64,000 nt of DNA, from contig CBDCNQ010000005.1 of assembly GCA_965219445.1 (NCBI GenBank), positions 1,120,001 to 1,184,000 of the forward strand. The letters run 5' to 3'. This DNA is from Longimicrobiales bacterium. Lineage in GTDB: Bacteria > Gemmatimonadota > Gemmatimonadetes > Longimicrobiales > Gaopeijiaceae. The notes under the pieces are model-generated. The model was not told the origin of the DNA. It saw nothing but the letters and a program-made list of their open reading frames with translations, and ran no database searches. Every line of letters starts with the position of its first letter. Within the stretch, counting starts at the first letter, position 1. The position numbers were made by a program, and so were the translations under genes. Below, in pieces: positions 11,327 to 21,341 of the stretch.

Positions 11327-11911
11327 ATGATTCTTCTATACTCGGGCGCCATGACCCTCCGACGCGCCAAAGCTGCCCGTAAGGGCCTCAGCCCCATTGG
11401 ACGGCGCGCGTTGGGTGTGGCGCTGGTCCTCCTATCCTCCCCTCTGGCCGGCCTGCTTGCGACTCCGCTGACCGCCCAATCCACCGCCGACAACATGGAA
11501 ATCCGCATCGGTGTCACCACCGGAGGGATCGGATCGATCGGTGCCTCGGTCGAGTTCCTGTGGGGGAGCCGGAGCGTCGACGTGAACCTGGCGACGTTCA
11601 CGTTCAGCGAGGCGAGCCTGGCCGTCACAGCCAAGCAGTATTTCGGCGGCGGCGACCTGCGGCCCTTCGTGGGTGTAGGTCTTTGGGGAGTCGTGGGATC
11701 GACCGGAGAAGAGGGTGAACAAACCGGCAAGGCGCTGATCCTCCGCGCTCCCTTGGGGGGCGACTGGAACTTCACCGGGAGGCAACACCTGGGCGGGAGT
11801 CTGGCCGTGAATGAAGGACTATGGGTCGATCGGGCCGATCCCGAGGACGATACTCCAGTCAGCCGGCGACCGGTCCCGCTTCCCGGATTCTACTACCGCT
11901 TCGAGCCCTAG
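11327..11911 (+). CDS. Hypothetical secreted protein, possible small outer-membrane beta-barrel
   Basis: Signal peptide, alternating beta-strand pattern, aromatic C-terminus. Confidence 0.6.
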   Translation: MILLYSGAMTLRRAKAARKGLSPIGRRALGVALVLLSSPLAGLLATPLTAQSTADNMEIRIGVTTGGIGSIGASVEFLWGSRSVDVNLATFTFSEASLAVTAKQYFGGGDLRPFVGVGLWGVVGSTGEEGEQTGKALILRAPLGGDWNFTGRQHLGGSLAVNEGLWVDRADPEDDTPVSRRPVPLPGFYYRFEP

Positions 11912-12172
11912 CTACAGTTCTTCGGGCTCGTCCCAGGTTTCCTTCCAGAATTCGTCCTCCTCCCTACTGATCTGCTTCAGATCCAGGGGCTCCGGATCGT
12001 CTCTGAGAAGCGCACCCTCCTCCTCGATGCGACGGATGTCGTCCTGGTCTATCCGAGGGGGTGGGACGTGGATCGACCGCTTGAGATTCCGTCGCATGGA
12101 AATCCAGGCGAACGCGACCAAAGCACCGAGAACGAACCAGAGCGCCGGCCAAAAAAAGCGAAGGACGATCAT
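11912..12172 (-). CDS. Small hypothetical membrane protein with acidic C-terminus
   Basis: N-terminal TM helix; co-oriented downstream of thrC. Confidence 0.65.
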   Translation of the reverse strand: MIVLRFFWPALWFVLGALVAFAWISMRRNLKRSIHVPPPRIDQDDIRRIEEEGALLRDDPEPLDLKQISREEDEFWKETWDEPEEL

Positions 12173-12185
12173 GACGGCACCTGGA

Positions 12186-13376
12186 TCATGAGACGGGAGA
12201 CATCCCTACGTATTTGAGCCCGCTGCCCGTGTTGAAGAGGACGACCTCCTCCTCACGCTCGAGGGCACCCATTGCGATGAGCGCCGGCACAGCGGCCGCG
12301 ACCGCACCGCCCTCCGGCGCCGCGAAGATCCCGGTGTCTTCTCCGACGGCCTGAACCCAATTGGCCATGTCCTGATCGCGGATCGCCACAGCGGCCCCCC
12401 CTGACTCACGAATCGCCCTCAGGATCAGAAAGTCACCGACTGCCGCTGGCACGCGCAGCCCCGACGCGTATGTGGCGGCATCCAGCCACGGCTCTGCTTC
12501 CGTGGCACCACTCTCCCAGGCTCGCACCATCGGGGCGCACCCGGCGGCCTGTACGGAGAACATCTTTGGCCGCTCCGGACCGACCCAGCCCATTCGCTCC
12601 ATCTCGTCGAACGCCTTCCACATCCCGATCAGGCCGGTTCCGCCGCCGGTCGGGTAGACGATGCCGTCGGGAAGCCGGCCGCCGAGCTGTTCGAATAGCT
12701 CGTAGCCCATGGTCTTCTTACCCTCCACCCGGTACGGTTCCTTGAGTGTAGAGAGATCGAACCAACCGTACTGCTCCACACCCGTCCGCACCACACCCCC
12801 GCAGTCGGTGATCAGCCCCTCGAGAAGCTGTAAGTCCGCGCCCAGTGCCCGGATTTCGGCTAGAATGGGGGCGGGCGTATCCGTGGGCACCACCACGTGC
12901 ACCGGCATGCCGGCTGCCGCGCCGTAAGCCGCCGCGGCGCCACCCGCGTTGCCCGCGGACGGGAGCGCGAGTGCGGTCGCACCCAGTTCCTTCGCACGAG
13001 AAACCGCCAGGCATAGCCCGCGGTCCTTGAAGCTCCCCGTAGGGTTCTGCCCCTCGTCCTTGATCCAGAGCCGGCCAGCCCCCATGCGGGCGGCTAGGCG
13101 AGGTGCCTCGAGAAGGGGGGTCCACCCCTCGCCCAGGCTAATCTGGCAGGCCGGATCGCGAACGGGAAGCACCTCCTCATAGCGCCACAGATCGGCGCGG
13201 CGTCCCGGGAGATCGGCGGGCTGAAACCCAGGCCGGATGGCCTCGAGATCGTAGCGCGCGAAGTACGGCCTCCCGGCAGACGACAAGCCGTGCAGCGTTT
13301 CGCTTTCGACGGTTTCTCCGGTGTACGTGCACTCGAGGTGACTGGCCCCTCGGAGCGGTTTGGACGAAGACGGCAT
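12186..13376 (-). CDS. thrC: Threonine synthase (PLP fold II)
   Basis: KDEGQNPTGSFKDRG, SAGNAG, PTGGGTG, FNTGSGLKY. Confidence 0.85.
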   Translation of the reverse strand: MPSSSKPLRGASHLECTYTGETVESETLHGLSSAGRPYFARYDLEAIRPGFQPADLPGRRADLWRYEEVLPVRDPACQISLGEGWTPLLEAPRLAARMGAGRLWIKDEGQNPTGSFKDRGLCLAVSRAKELGATALALPSAGNAGGAAAAYGAAAGMPVHVVVPTDTPAPILAEIRALGADLQLLEGLITDCGGVVRTGVEQYGWFDLSTLKEPYRVEGKKTMGYELFEQLGGRLPDGIVYPTGGGTGLIGMWKAFDEMERMGWVGPERPKMFSVQAAGCAPMVRAWESGATEAEPWLDAATYASGLRVPAAVGDFLILRAIRESGGAAVAIRDQDMANWVQAVGEDTGIFAAPEGGAVAAAVPALIAMGALEREEEVVLFNTGSGLKYVGMSPVS

Positions 13377-13387
13377 TGAAGGGGGCA

Positions 13388-15421
13388 CTATAGAGAAGGG
13401 CGCTTTGAAGAGCCCATAGATTCGCCCCCCAGCAGCCGGACCCCGGCGGCAACAGCTACCAAGGCCGGAGCCAGTAGCACCCACGGCGGCGCCTCCCCGC
13501 CATCCTCCAGCCAGGCGCGGAGCGCGGGGGCCGAGGCGATCAAGACGATGCTCCCGTTGTTGACGAAGTGCATGAGGACTCCCACCCAAATGGAGCGCGT
13601 CGACAGGACGGCCCATGCCAGGATGAAGCCGAGCCAGGCCGTGGGTAAGAAGCGGAACGCCGACTGAAAGGAAATGTGGAACGCTCCGAACACCAACCCG
13701 TTGAAGACCGCGACGCGCACCGTGGAGGCACGCCCCCGGGTCCCCGCGAGGAACACGCCCCTGAAGACCGCCTCTTCGCAGATCGCCGGCGTCAGGGCAA
13801 CGAGGGCCAGCAGCCACAATACGCGAGACGGACTCTCGGCCGTGACGAAGTCCTCCAGACCCTCGAGCATGTCCCATGGAACCGGGAGCACAAATCCCTG
13901 TGTCCACGCGAGGAACCAGCCCAACGGCATAGCCCCCATGATCAACAGCAGCGCCCCTGCGACCTGCGGAGGCCCCGGACGTCGGAAGGAGAACGTCTCG
14001 GCGAAATCGAATCCGGCGATCCGCACGAAGAGGAACGCCGGGAGGAGCAAGAGCAGCCATTCGGACAGAAGAAGTCCTCGTTCTCCCCATCCGGCCTGGA
14101 GGGGGAAGCCCATGTAGAAGAAGAGTACGGCCACGGCGGCGATGAATGCGATCGCCTGTCCCCTACTAGGCGTGGCGGAGACCGGACCGAGTAGCCGCTG
14201 CAGACGCTCCCTGAGTCCTCCCCCGGACTCCACCTGTGCGTCCCCCACCCCGAACAGCACGTCCTCCCGGCCGAAGGAGGCCGAGGCGAATGCGAGCGCT
14301 GCCCAGGCCCAGAACCCCGTCGTGGCAACCGCCACTATGGAAGGAGCCAGCTCGGGGCTTCCCGCCATGAGCTCGCGGAAGAAGATCCCCAGTCCCGCGA
14401 CCGGAACGGCCGCTAGCGCGATGGTGAAGCCGATCCCCGGAAACACCGGTAGTAGCGCCGGCACCATCACCAGGAGGTAGACGGGCGTCAGCGCTGTCTG
14501 GGCCTCCTTGAAGGAGCGGGAGCGAAGCGCGATTCCCAAGAACAGTGATCCGAACAACACCCCGAGCGGAATCAGGGTAACGAAGATGAGCAACACCGAG
14601 CCCCACGGCAGGGCGAAGTCTATGTTGAGGCTTCCGCCGAGCTGGAAGAGGCCCGTCTGAAAAGTGAGCAGCATGCTCACTAGATTCAGGGCGGCGGCCA
14701 CGACACCGATCAGAGCGACGGCCAGAAACTTTCCCACCACGATTTGCCGGGGAGGCACCGGAGCCGTCAGCAGGGTCTCCAGCGTGCCTCGCTCCTTTTC
14801 CCCCGCCGCCATATCGATCGCCGGGTAGAAGGTGCCGAGCAGCGTCATGATGATCAGCAACAGAGGCAGGAACCGGCCGAGCGCATATCCACCTAATTCC
14901 TCCGCCCGGGCAACCGAGGAATCGGCGACCGCCAACGGCTCCGCAAACCCGGTCGGAAGTCCGCGCTCGACGAGTCTCCGGGCGACAAGCGTGTCGTGCC
15001 AGGTCCGAAGGGCCTGGGTAAGAACGGTGCGCGCCCGCTGCGAACGCTCATCGGCCGCATCGTAGATAACGGTAGCTCTCTGTGTGGTTTCCCCGTCGGG
15101 CTGAGGGCCGAAGACCACCACTGCACCGACCGAGTCGGAGCGGACCGCCTCCACGGGGTCGGGCACGCCGGGCATGTCGAGCAGCTCGAGGTTCTCGTCC
15201 GAAGCCAAGAACTCCATGACCTCCTCAGAAGCGGGACCGGTCGCCGCCACATGGGACGCCTCCGACTCGATGCGGCGGATGCCCAGAAGCGCGAACTGCT
15301 CGGAGGCGACCAGCAGCAGCGGATAGAGCAGGATGGGGATCACCACCATCACCGTCAGAGTGCGGCGGTCGCGCAACGTCTCGCGCAGCTCCTTCTTGAA
15401 GACGACCCAGGCCGTACTCAC
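13388..15421 (-). CDS. NatB-like ABC-2 permease fused to a CPBP/CAAX intramembrane protease
   Basis: KKELRETLRDRR, AGEKERGTLETLL; C-terminal EEAVFRG, FGAFH, HFVNN. Confidence 0.85.
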   Translation of the reverse strand: MSTAWVVFKKELRETLRDRRTLTVMVVIPILLYPLLLVASEQFALLGIRRIESEASHVAATGPASEEVMEFLASDENLELLDMPGVPDPVEAVRSDSVGAVVVFGPQPDGETTQRATVIYDAADERSQRARTVLTQALRTWHDTLVARRLVERGLPTGFAEPLAVADSSVARAEELGGYALGRFLPLLLIIMTLLGTFYPAIDMAAGEKERGTLETLLTAPVPPRQIVVGKFLAVALIGVVAAALNLVSMLLTFQTGLFQLGGSLNIDFALPWGSVLLIFVTLIPLGVLFGSLFLGIALRSRSFKEAQTALTPVYLLVMVPALLPVFPGIGFTIALAAVPVAGLGIFFRELMAGSPELAPSIVAVATTGFWAWAALAFASASFGREDVLFGVGDAQVESGGGLRERLQRLLGPVSATPSRGQAIAFIAAVAVLFFYMGFPLQAGWGERGLLLSEWLLLLLPAFLFVRIAGFDFAETFSFRRPGPPQVAGALLLIMGAMPLGWFLAWTQGFVLPVPWDMLEGLEDFVTAESPSRVLWLLALVALTPAICEEAVFRGVFLAGTRGRASTVRVAVFNGLVFGAFHISFQSAFRFLPTAWLGFILAWAVLSTRSIWVGVLMHFVNNGSIVLIASAPALRAWLEDGGEAPPWVLLAPALVAVAAGVRLLGGESMGSSKRPSL

Positions 15422-16179
15422 GCCCGTTCCTCGGGGGGTACGGCGTCCACCACGTTTCCGCCGTCCCCCCGGACCAGCGCAAGAAAGGCACGCGCCAGGT
15501 TCGGCTCGCCGGTTCTCACGATGAGCGAAGCAGGCGTCCCCTCCGCCACCAGACGTCCGCCACTCAGAACGCCCACTCGGTCGGCCAACAGCTCCACCTC
15601 GGCCATCTGGTGCGTCGAAAAAACGATCGCCTTTCCCCTCTCCCGCTCCCGCTCGATGAATCGATAGATCACCTCACCGCTGAGCACGTCGAGCCCCATG
15701 GTCGGCTCGTCGAGAATCAGGGCGGGCGGATCGTGGACGAGCGCGCGGGCCACCGAAACGCGTTGGGCCTGCCCGGTGGACAGGGTGCCACAGCGCTGGC
15801 TCACGAAAGGCGTGATACCGAACAAATGGATGAGCTCGGCGACTCGTCCATCGAGGGCCGGCCCCTCCATGCGGTGAAGGCGTCCGAAGTACTGGAGCAA
15901 CTCCACGGGTGTGAGGCGTTCGTAGAGTCCCATCGAGGCGGCGAGAAATCCGATGCGGGCACGCACCACGAGCGGCTGCTCACGCACGTCGGCGTCGCCC
16001 ACGAAAGCGGTGCCCGAGGTGGGTGCCTGTAGCGTGGCCAGACACCGGAGCGCCGTCGTCTTCCCCGCCCCGTTCGGACCGAGCAGTGCATATACCTCCG
16101 CAGGCGCGACGCGAAGGGAAAGACCCTCCACCACCCGGAGCTGTCCGTAGGTCTTTGTCAGATCCTGGAACTCGATCAT
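15418..16179 (-). CDS. NatA-like ABC transporter ATP-binding protein
   Basis: Walker A GPNGAGKT, LSTGQ signature, LILDEPT. Confidence 0.9.
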   Translation of the reverse strand: MIEFQDLTKTYGQLRVVEGLSLRVAPAEVYALLGPNGAGKTTALRCLATLQAPTSGTAFVGDADVREQPLVVRARIGFLAASMGLYERLTPVELLQYFGRLHRMEGPALDGRVAELIHLFGITPFVSQRCGTLSTGQAQRVSVARALVHDPPALILDEPTMGLDVLSGEVIYRFIERERERGKAIVFSTHQMAEVELLADRVGVLSGGRLVAEGTPASLIVRTGEPNLARAFLALVRGDGGNVVDAVPPEERA

Positions 16180-16269
16180 GCGGGCACCGTATGGGATTAT
16201 GCGCGCTCGGGGCAACCCTCCAGAGCCTCACCACGTCCAAGGGTAACGGATACCTTGAACCCCGTGGGA

Positions 16270-16660
16270 ATGAACGAATCCCAGCTTTTGCGAAAGGCGT
16301 GCCAGGGAGACGGTCCGGCCGTACGCGCTCTTTATGAAAGGTACGCCCCCCGGGTGTACGCGGTCGTTCGCCGTATAGCAGCGGATGACGACTTGGCGCA
16401 GGATTACGCCCAGGAAGCGTGGATTCGTGCCATCCGTGCCCTTCCGACGTTTCGCGGAGAAGCCCGCTTCTCAACATGGCTTCACCGCATCGCCGTAAAC
16501 TCGGCCCTCCAGGCGGTTCGGGGGGAGCAGACGCGGCACAGTAGAGAGGCACCGATGCCCGAGGCGATTGCCGTGGTTCCTCCGGCGCGGGACGCCCTGC
16601 TGAGCCAAAAGCTCGAGTGGGCGCTCGACCGCTTGCCCGAGCGTATGCGCAAGGTGTTGA
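16270..16660 (+). pseudogene. ECF sigma factor truncated in region 4
   Basis: Region 2 intact (DYAQEAWIRA..FRGEARFSTWLHRIAVN); homology stops at LPERMRKVL, before the HTH, then runs into a hairpin element. Confidence 0.8.
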
Positions 16661-16696
16661 CTCCCTTAGCGCCCCGAGACTTCCTGGCGCTCCGAA

Positions 16697-16771
16697 GCCC
16701 CCACACCCTCACTCCGCCGACGCTTCGCTCCACGGCTTCGCCGCAGATCGTCTCCGTGAGGGCGTGGGGGC
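16697..16771. repeat. Structured repeat family A, copy 1 (inverted relative to copy 2)
   Basis: 16-bp outer stem 16697-16712 / 16756-16771 with one mismatch; core 52/60 identical to the reverse complement of 21243-21302. Confidence 0.85.
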
Positions 16772-16942
16772 CTCAGGGGGTGTGAGTTGCGTTGTTTGGC
16801 CCCCCTAGGCCACGAGAGCGGTCCAGCGTAACCCACCCAGAAAGCGCTTAGACGACGATCATGGGCCTGTGACAGGCGACCGGTTGCGCCTACCGGCACG
16901 CGCATATGATGTTGAGCCTCGGTCTGATCCCGGAGTGCGCCC

Positions 16943-19596
16943 ATGTCCGACCCCGTCTCCCGCCTAAACGCAGCCCTCTCCGGCCGCTACGCCATCGAGC
17001 GCGAGCTCGGCGAAGGCGGCATGGCCACCGTCTACCTGGCCGATGACCTGAAGCACGAGCGGAAGGTCGCCCTCAAGGTCCTGAAGCCCGAATTGGCCGC
17101 CGTGGTCGGTGCCGAGCGGTTCCTGGCCGAGATCAAGACGACGGCAAACCTCCAGCATCCCCACATCCTCCCGCTGTTCGATTCAGGCCAGGCGGAGTCA
17201 TTCCTCTACTTCGTCATGCCGTACGTCGAGGGGGAAACCCTCCGCGATAAGCTGGAGCGGGAGAAGCAGTTAAGCGTCGAGGACGCCCTCGAGATTACGA
17301 AGAAGGTCGCCTCCGCCCTGGACTATGCCCACAAGCACGGCGTCGTACACCGTGACATCAAGCCCGCCAACGTCCTGCTGAGTGACGAAGGCGAGCCGAC
17401 CGTAGCCGACTTCGGAATAGCACTCGCCGTTCAGCAGGCGGGAGGGGGGCGGGTCACCGAAACGGGACTCAGCCTGGGGACTCCGCATTACATGAGTCCA
17501 GAGCAGGCCACGGGTGACCGGGACATCGGTCCCCGCTCGGATGTCTACGCACTGGGATGTGTTCTCTACGAAATGCTCACCGGAGAGCCGCCGTACACGG
17601 GTACGAGCGCCCAGGCCGTGCTGGCGAAGATCCTGACGGACGACGCACCTGCTGCGACGAAGGCTCGAGCATCCGTCCCGCCGAACGTGGACGCCGCGAT
17701 CCGTAACGCGCTGGAGAAGCTACCTGCGGACCGTTTCACGGCTGCGCAGGACTTCGCGAAGGCCCTCGACGATCCAGGCTTCAGGCACGGGGAGGAAGCT
17801 GTGGCGGGGGTGGCAGTAGGCCGAGGTCAGTGGACGGGGTTGGCGGTTACTACCACAGGGCTGGCGCTCGTCCTGGCGGTGGCTCTCGGCTGGTCGCTCC
17901 TCCGCCCCGAGTCATCACAGCCGGAGCCCGTAGTTCTCCGCGCAGGCCTCACGGGCTTCGACGTGAACCTCGGAGGGGGTGTGAGGTTTGCCATCTCCCA
18001 CGACGGCTCCCTGATCGCTGCGACGAGCCAGAGCAGCGGGCCGAACCTCTTCCTTCGCCGCGCCGATGAGATTCAGTTCCGTGAGATCCCAGGCACGGAG
18101 GACGCCGTCTACCCGACCTTCTCACCGGATGGAGAATGGCTGGCGTTCAGGCAAGGAGTGAATGAGATCATGCGTGTTCAGACATCGGGTGGGCCGGTAC
18201 TCCCGGTGGCCTCTGGTTCCCAGCCACACTGGGGCCTTGAGGACATGATCGTCTTTCAGGGCGACGGGCTTTACAGCGTGTCCCCCGCGGGGGGTGAGCC
18301 CACGCTTCTCTTGAGCAATGGCGACTCCCTTGTTGCCGGGCGACCGTTCCTGCTTCCCAATGGAGAGGCTGTTGTGTTCGAGGAGGGAGTAGATCTCGAA
18401 ACGAAGCGACTCATGATGGTGGAACTCGAATCTGGATCTGTGACCGACCTCGGGATCACGGGCAATGATCCCCAGTACGTTCCGACTGGCCATCTCGTGT
18501 TCGGACATGCGAGCCAGGCGTTGATGGCCGTCCCATTCGATCTCGCAAGCCACGAAGTGATGGGGGAGCCCTTCACGGTCCTGACTGATGTCAGGGTACG
18601 TGCTGGCGGCGCTACGCAGTTCGTGGTTTCGGAGACCGGGACCGCGCTGTATGGCCTTACAGGCTTCGGTGTAGGGGGAAACAATCAACTCGTGGAGGTG
18701 GACCTCAACGGAGTCGAGACGCAGTTACCGCTGGACTTTTCGGGGGTCGAATCTCCTCGGTACTCACCCAATGGCCGTTACATCGCCTACTATTTGGACC
18801 CCGAACTTCGGATCTACGACCGGGAAACCGGGGCGAACAACCGACTCTCTATTGCTAGTGGGGGCGTGAGCCGCTGGGCAGTATGGTCGGCCGACGGCCG
18901 CTACGTGTTCTTTGCTTCTAGGGAGGCGGTGGAGACCGTGGGCTACCGAAGGCTCTCGGACCTGTCTGAAGAGCCCGAGCCGATCTATCGGGGCGAAGGC
19001 AGCGTGTTTCCGGTCTCAGCATCTCCGTCGGGTGAGATGCTGATGAGTGGAGAGGTGAGCAGCGACCGTCGCCAGGACCTGCTGATCATGAGTGAGGGCC
19101 AGGACGGCATGGTCTTCACGCCTTATCTGAGGGCCGACTGGAACGAGTATAGCGGGGCGATCTCGCCCGACGGGGACTGGGTCGCATACGTGTCCGACGA
19201 GTCCGGCCAGCCCGAGGTCTATGTGCGATCGTTCCCAGACGCTACTGACCAAGTGCCGGTGTCGGTTGATGGTGGCATGGACCGGTCTGGTTACCCAACG
19301 GAACAGCGATCTACTACCGGTCTCTGGATGGCAACCAGGTGATGCGGACGTCGGTCACGTCTGAGGGAGGTTTCCGTACGGATACGCCCCAACTGGTGAT
19401 CGAGGGGAACTGGGCTGTAAGCACGGGCGGCGCGCCTTGGACGAGGCGCTGGGACGTGCACCCGGACGGCGATAGGTTCGTGCTCGCCCGGAGATTGGGG
19501 CCCGAAGTGGTGGACGCAGATGCACCGGGCCTTCCGGTCCGAATCGTTGTTAACTGGTTCGAGGAGCTGAGGGCACGAGCAGGGGCGGGGCGGTAG
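16943..19596 (+). CDS. Hanks-type Ser/Thr protein kinase with TM helix and PD40/TolB-like propeller; frameshift near 19281
   Basis: GEGGMATVY, HRDIKPAN, DFGIA, GTPHYMSPEQ; the C-terminus PVWLPNGTAIYY...IVVNWFEEL continues in the frame of ORF 19339-19596. Confidence 0.88.
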
Positions 19597-19912
19597 CTCC
19601 GCCGCAGTACCCCTGGCACTCAAGTTCGAGACATGAAACGGCCGTACGTATACTCACAGTGCAAAGATACGTACGCCTCTTTGGCGAGCGTGATCCATTT
19701 GTCGGTGATCCTCGCACTGGGGCGACTGTTGGTGTCGGCTGTGTGCTTCGATCAACGAGCTCGGGACAATAGAGTCGTCACGCCCCCTGGAAACTGTCAC
19801 AAGCCTCGACGATTTCCACGAACTCGCGTATGAGGGACTGGTTCCCCGCCAAGAACGCGCTCTGGCCGGGGTCTTCCATGTACCCGAACATGACGCAGTA
19901 CCATGCCTTTCG

Positions 19913-19944
19913 TTGCAATATGAGGATATGATCCTCATATTGCA
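19913..19944 (+). promoter_or_regulatory. Perfect 14-bp inverted repeat overlapping a putative sigma70 promoter
   Basis: TGCAATATGAGGAT-atg-ATCCTCATATTGCA; TTGCAA-17bp-CATATT with ATG 7 nt downstream. Confidence 0.65.
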
Positions 19945-19947
19945 CAG

Positions 19948-21145
19948 ATGCTTCCTCGTACACTGCATCCATATCTGATCGAGGCCGCTGCGACCCTCCC
20001 GGTCGTAACGCTGACCGGTCCACGGCAGTCCGGGAAGACTACGCTGGTGCGAGCTGCCTTTCCGCAGCTCCCGTATTTCACGTTGGAGGCGCCCGACACC
20101 AGGGAGCGTGCGCTGGTCGATCCACGAGGCTTTCTGAGGGCGCTTCCAGACGGAGCGGTGTTGGACGAGATACAGCGCGCGCCGGATCTGCTTTCCTACA
20201 ATCCAGGGAATCGTGGACGAGGACCCGCGTCCCGGGCGATTCATCCTCACGGGATCCCAAAACCTGCTGCTGCTGGACGGGGTCTCTCAGACGCTCTCTG
20301 GACGCACCCGCATCCTCAACCTGCATCCCTTTTCTCTGTCCGAACTCGAGCGGCGCGAACCGTGGGACCCGGAGTCCGCCTCGGTTCCGACCCCCCCGGG
20401 CGCGGTCGCAGCCGAGCGTTCGTTGCATCCTACGCTGCACACGGGCTTCTACCCGCGGATCCACGATCGCGGATTGGACCCGGTGCCGTGGCTCGCAGAC
20501 TACCGGGCAACTTATGTCGAGCGCGACGTCAGACAGATTGTGAACGTGCAAGAACTGGAAGTCTTCGCACGCTTTCTCGGCCTGAGTGCCGGCCGGAACG
20601 GTCAGGTCCTCAACGTGTCCTCACTCGGCAACGATGTGGGCGTCGATCACACCACCGCTCGCCGATGGCTGGCAATCCTCGAAGCCAGCTTCCTCATTGC
20701 GCTCCTCCGACCGCATCATCGAAACTTCGGAAAACGGCTGATCAAGAGCCCAAAGATCTATTTTCTCGATCCCGGCCTGCTCTGTTCTCTCCTTGGGATC
20801 CGCAATGCGGATGACTTGGGGGTTCACGCATCGCGTGGCGCCATCTTCGAGTCGTTCGTTCTGGCCGAGCTGGTCAAGGCATACGCGCATCGGGGCCGAC
20901 GTCCGCTGGTATTCTTCTGGAGGGACTCCTCGGGTCACGAGATCGACTTCCTGATCGAGCAGGGCTCGCGCCTGTTGGCGATCGAGGCGAAATCCGGGGA
21001 GACAGCGCCCTCAAGCTTCTTCGACGGGCTCGCATGGTGGCGGCAGCTTACAGGCGATCCCCAGACGCCCGCGCTGCTCCTGTACGGCGGTGACGAGGCC
21101 TTCACGCACCGGGGCATCTCCGCCCGGTCCTGGCGGACACTCTAA
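19948..21145 (+). pseudogene. AAA_14 / DUF4143 ATP-binding protein, frameshifted at about 20200
   Basis: GPRQSGKTT, LDEIQRAP, FILTGSQN, YVERDV, KSPKIYFLDPG, EIDFLIE..IEAK; extra A in TAC-A-ATC. Confidence 0.85.
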
Positions 21146-21235
21146 CTCTAGCTCCGGGATCCTGGATTCGATCGACGCGCGCGTGGCACCACCGATCCGC
21201 CGAAACGGGGGGTGTCAGCACAAGCACAAGCCGGG

Positions 21236-21312
21236 GGGTGTGACGCCCTATCGGAGACGGTCCGCCGCGAAGCGGTGGAGCGAAGCGCCGGCGGAGAGAG
21301 GGACTCACACCC
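21236..21312. repeat. Structured repeat family A, copy 2
   Basis: Outer stem GGGTGTGA / TCACACCC; two GCGAAGC motifs; lies between convergent genes. Confidence 0.85.
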
Positions 21313-21341
21313 TCTCAGCGCTGCCCGCAGCTCACCCCCGG

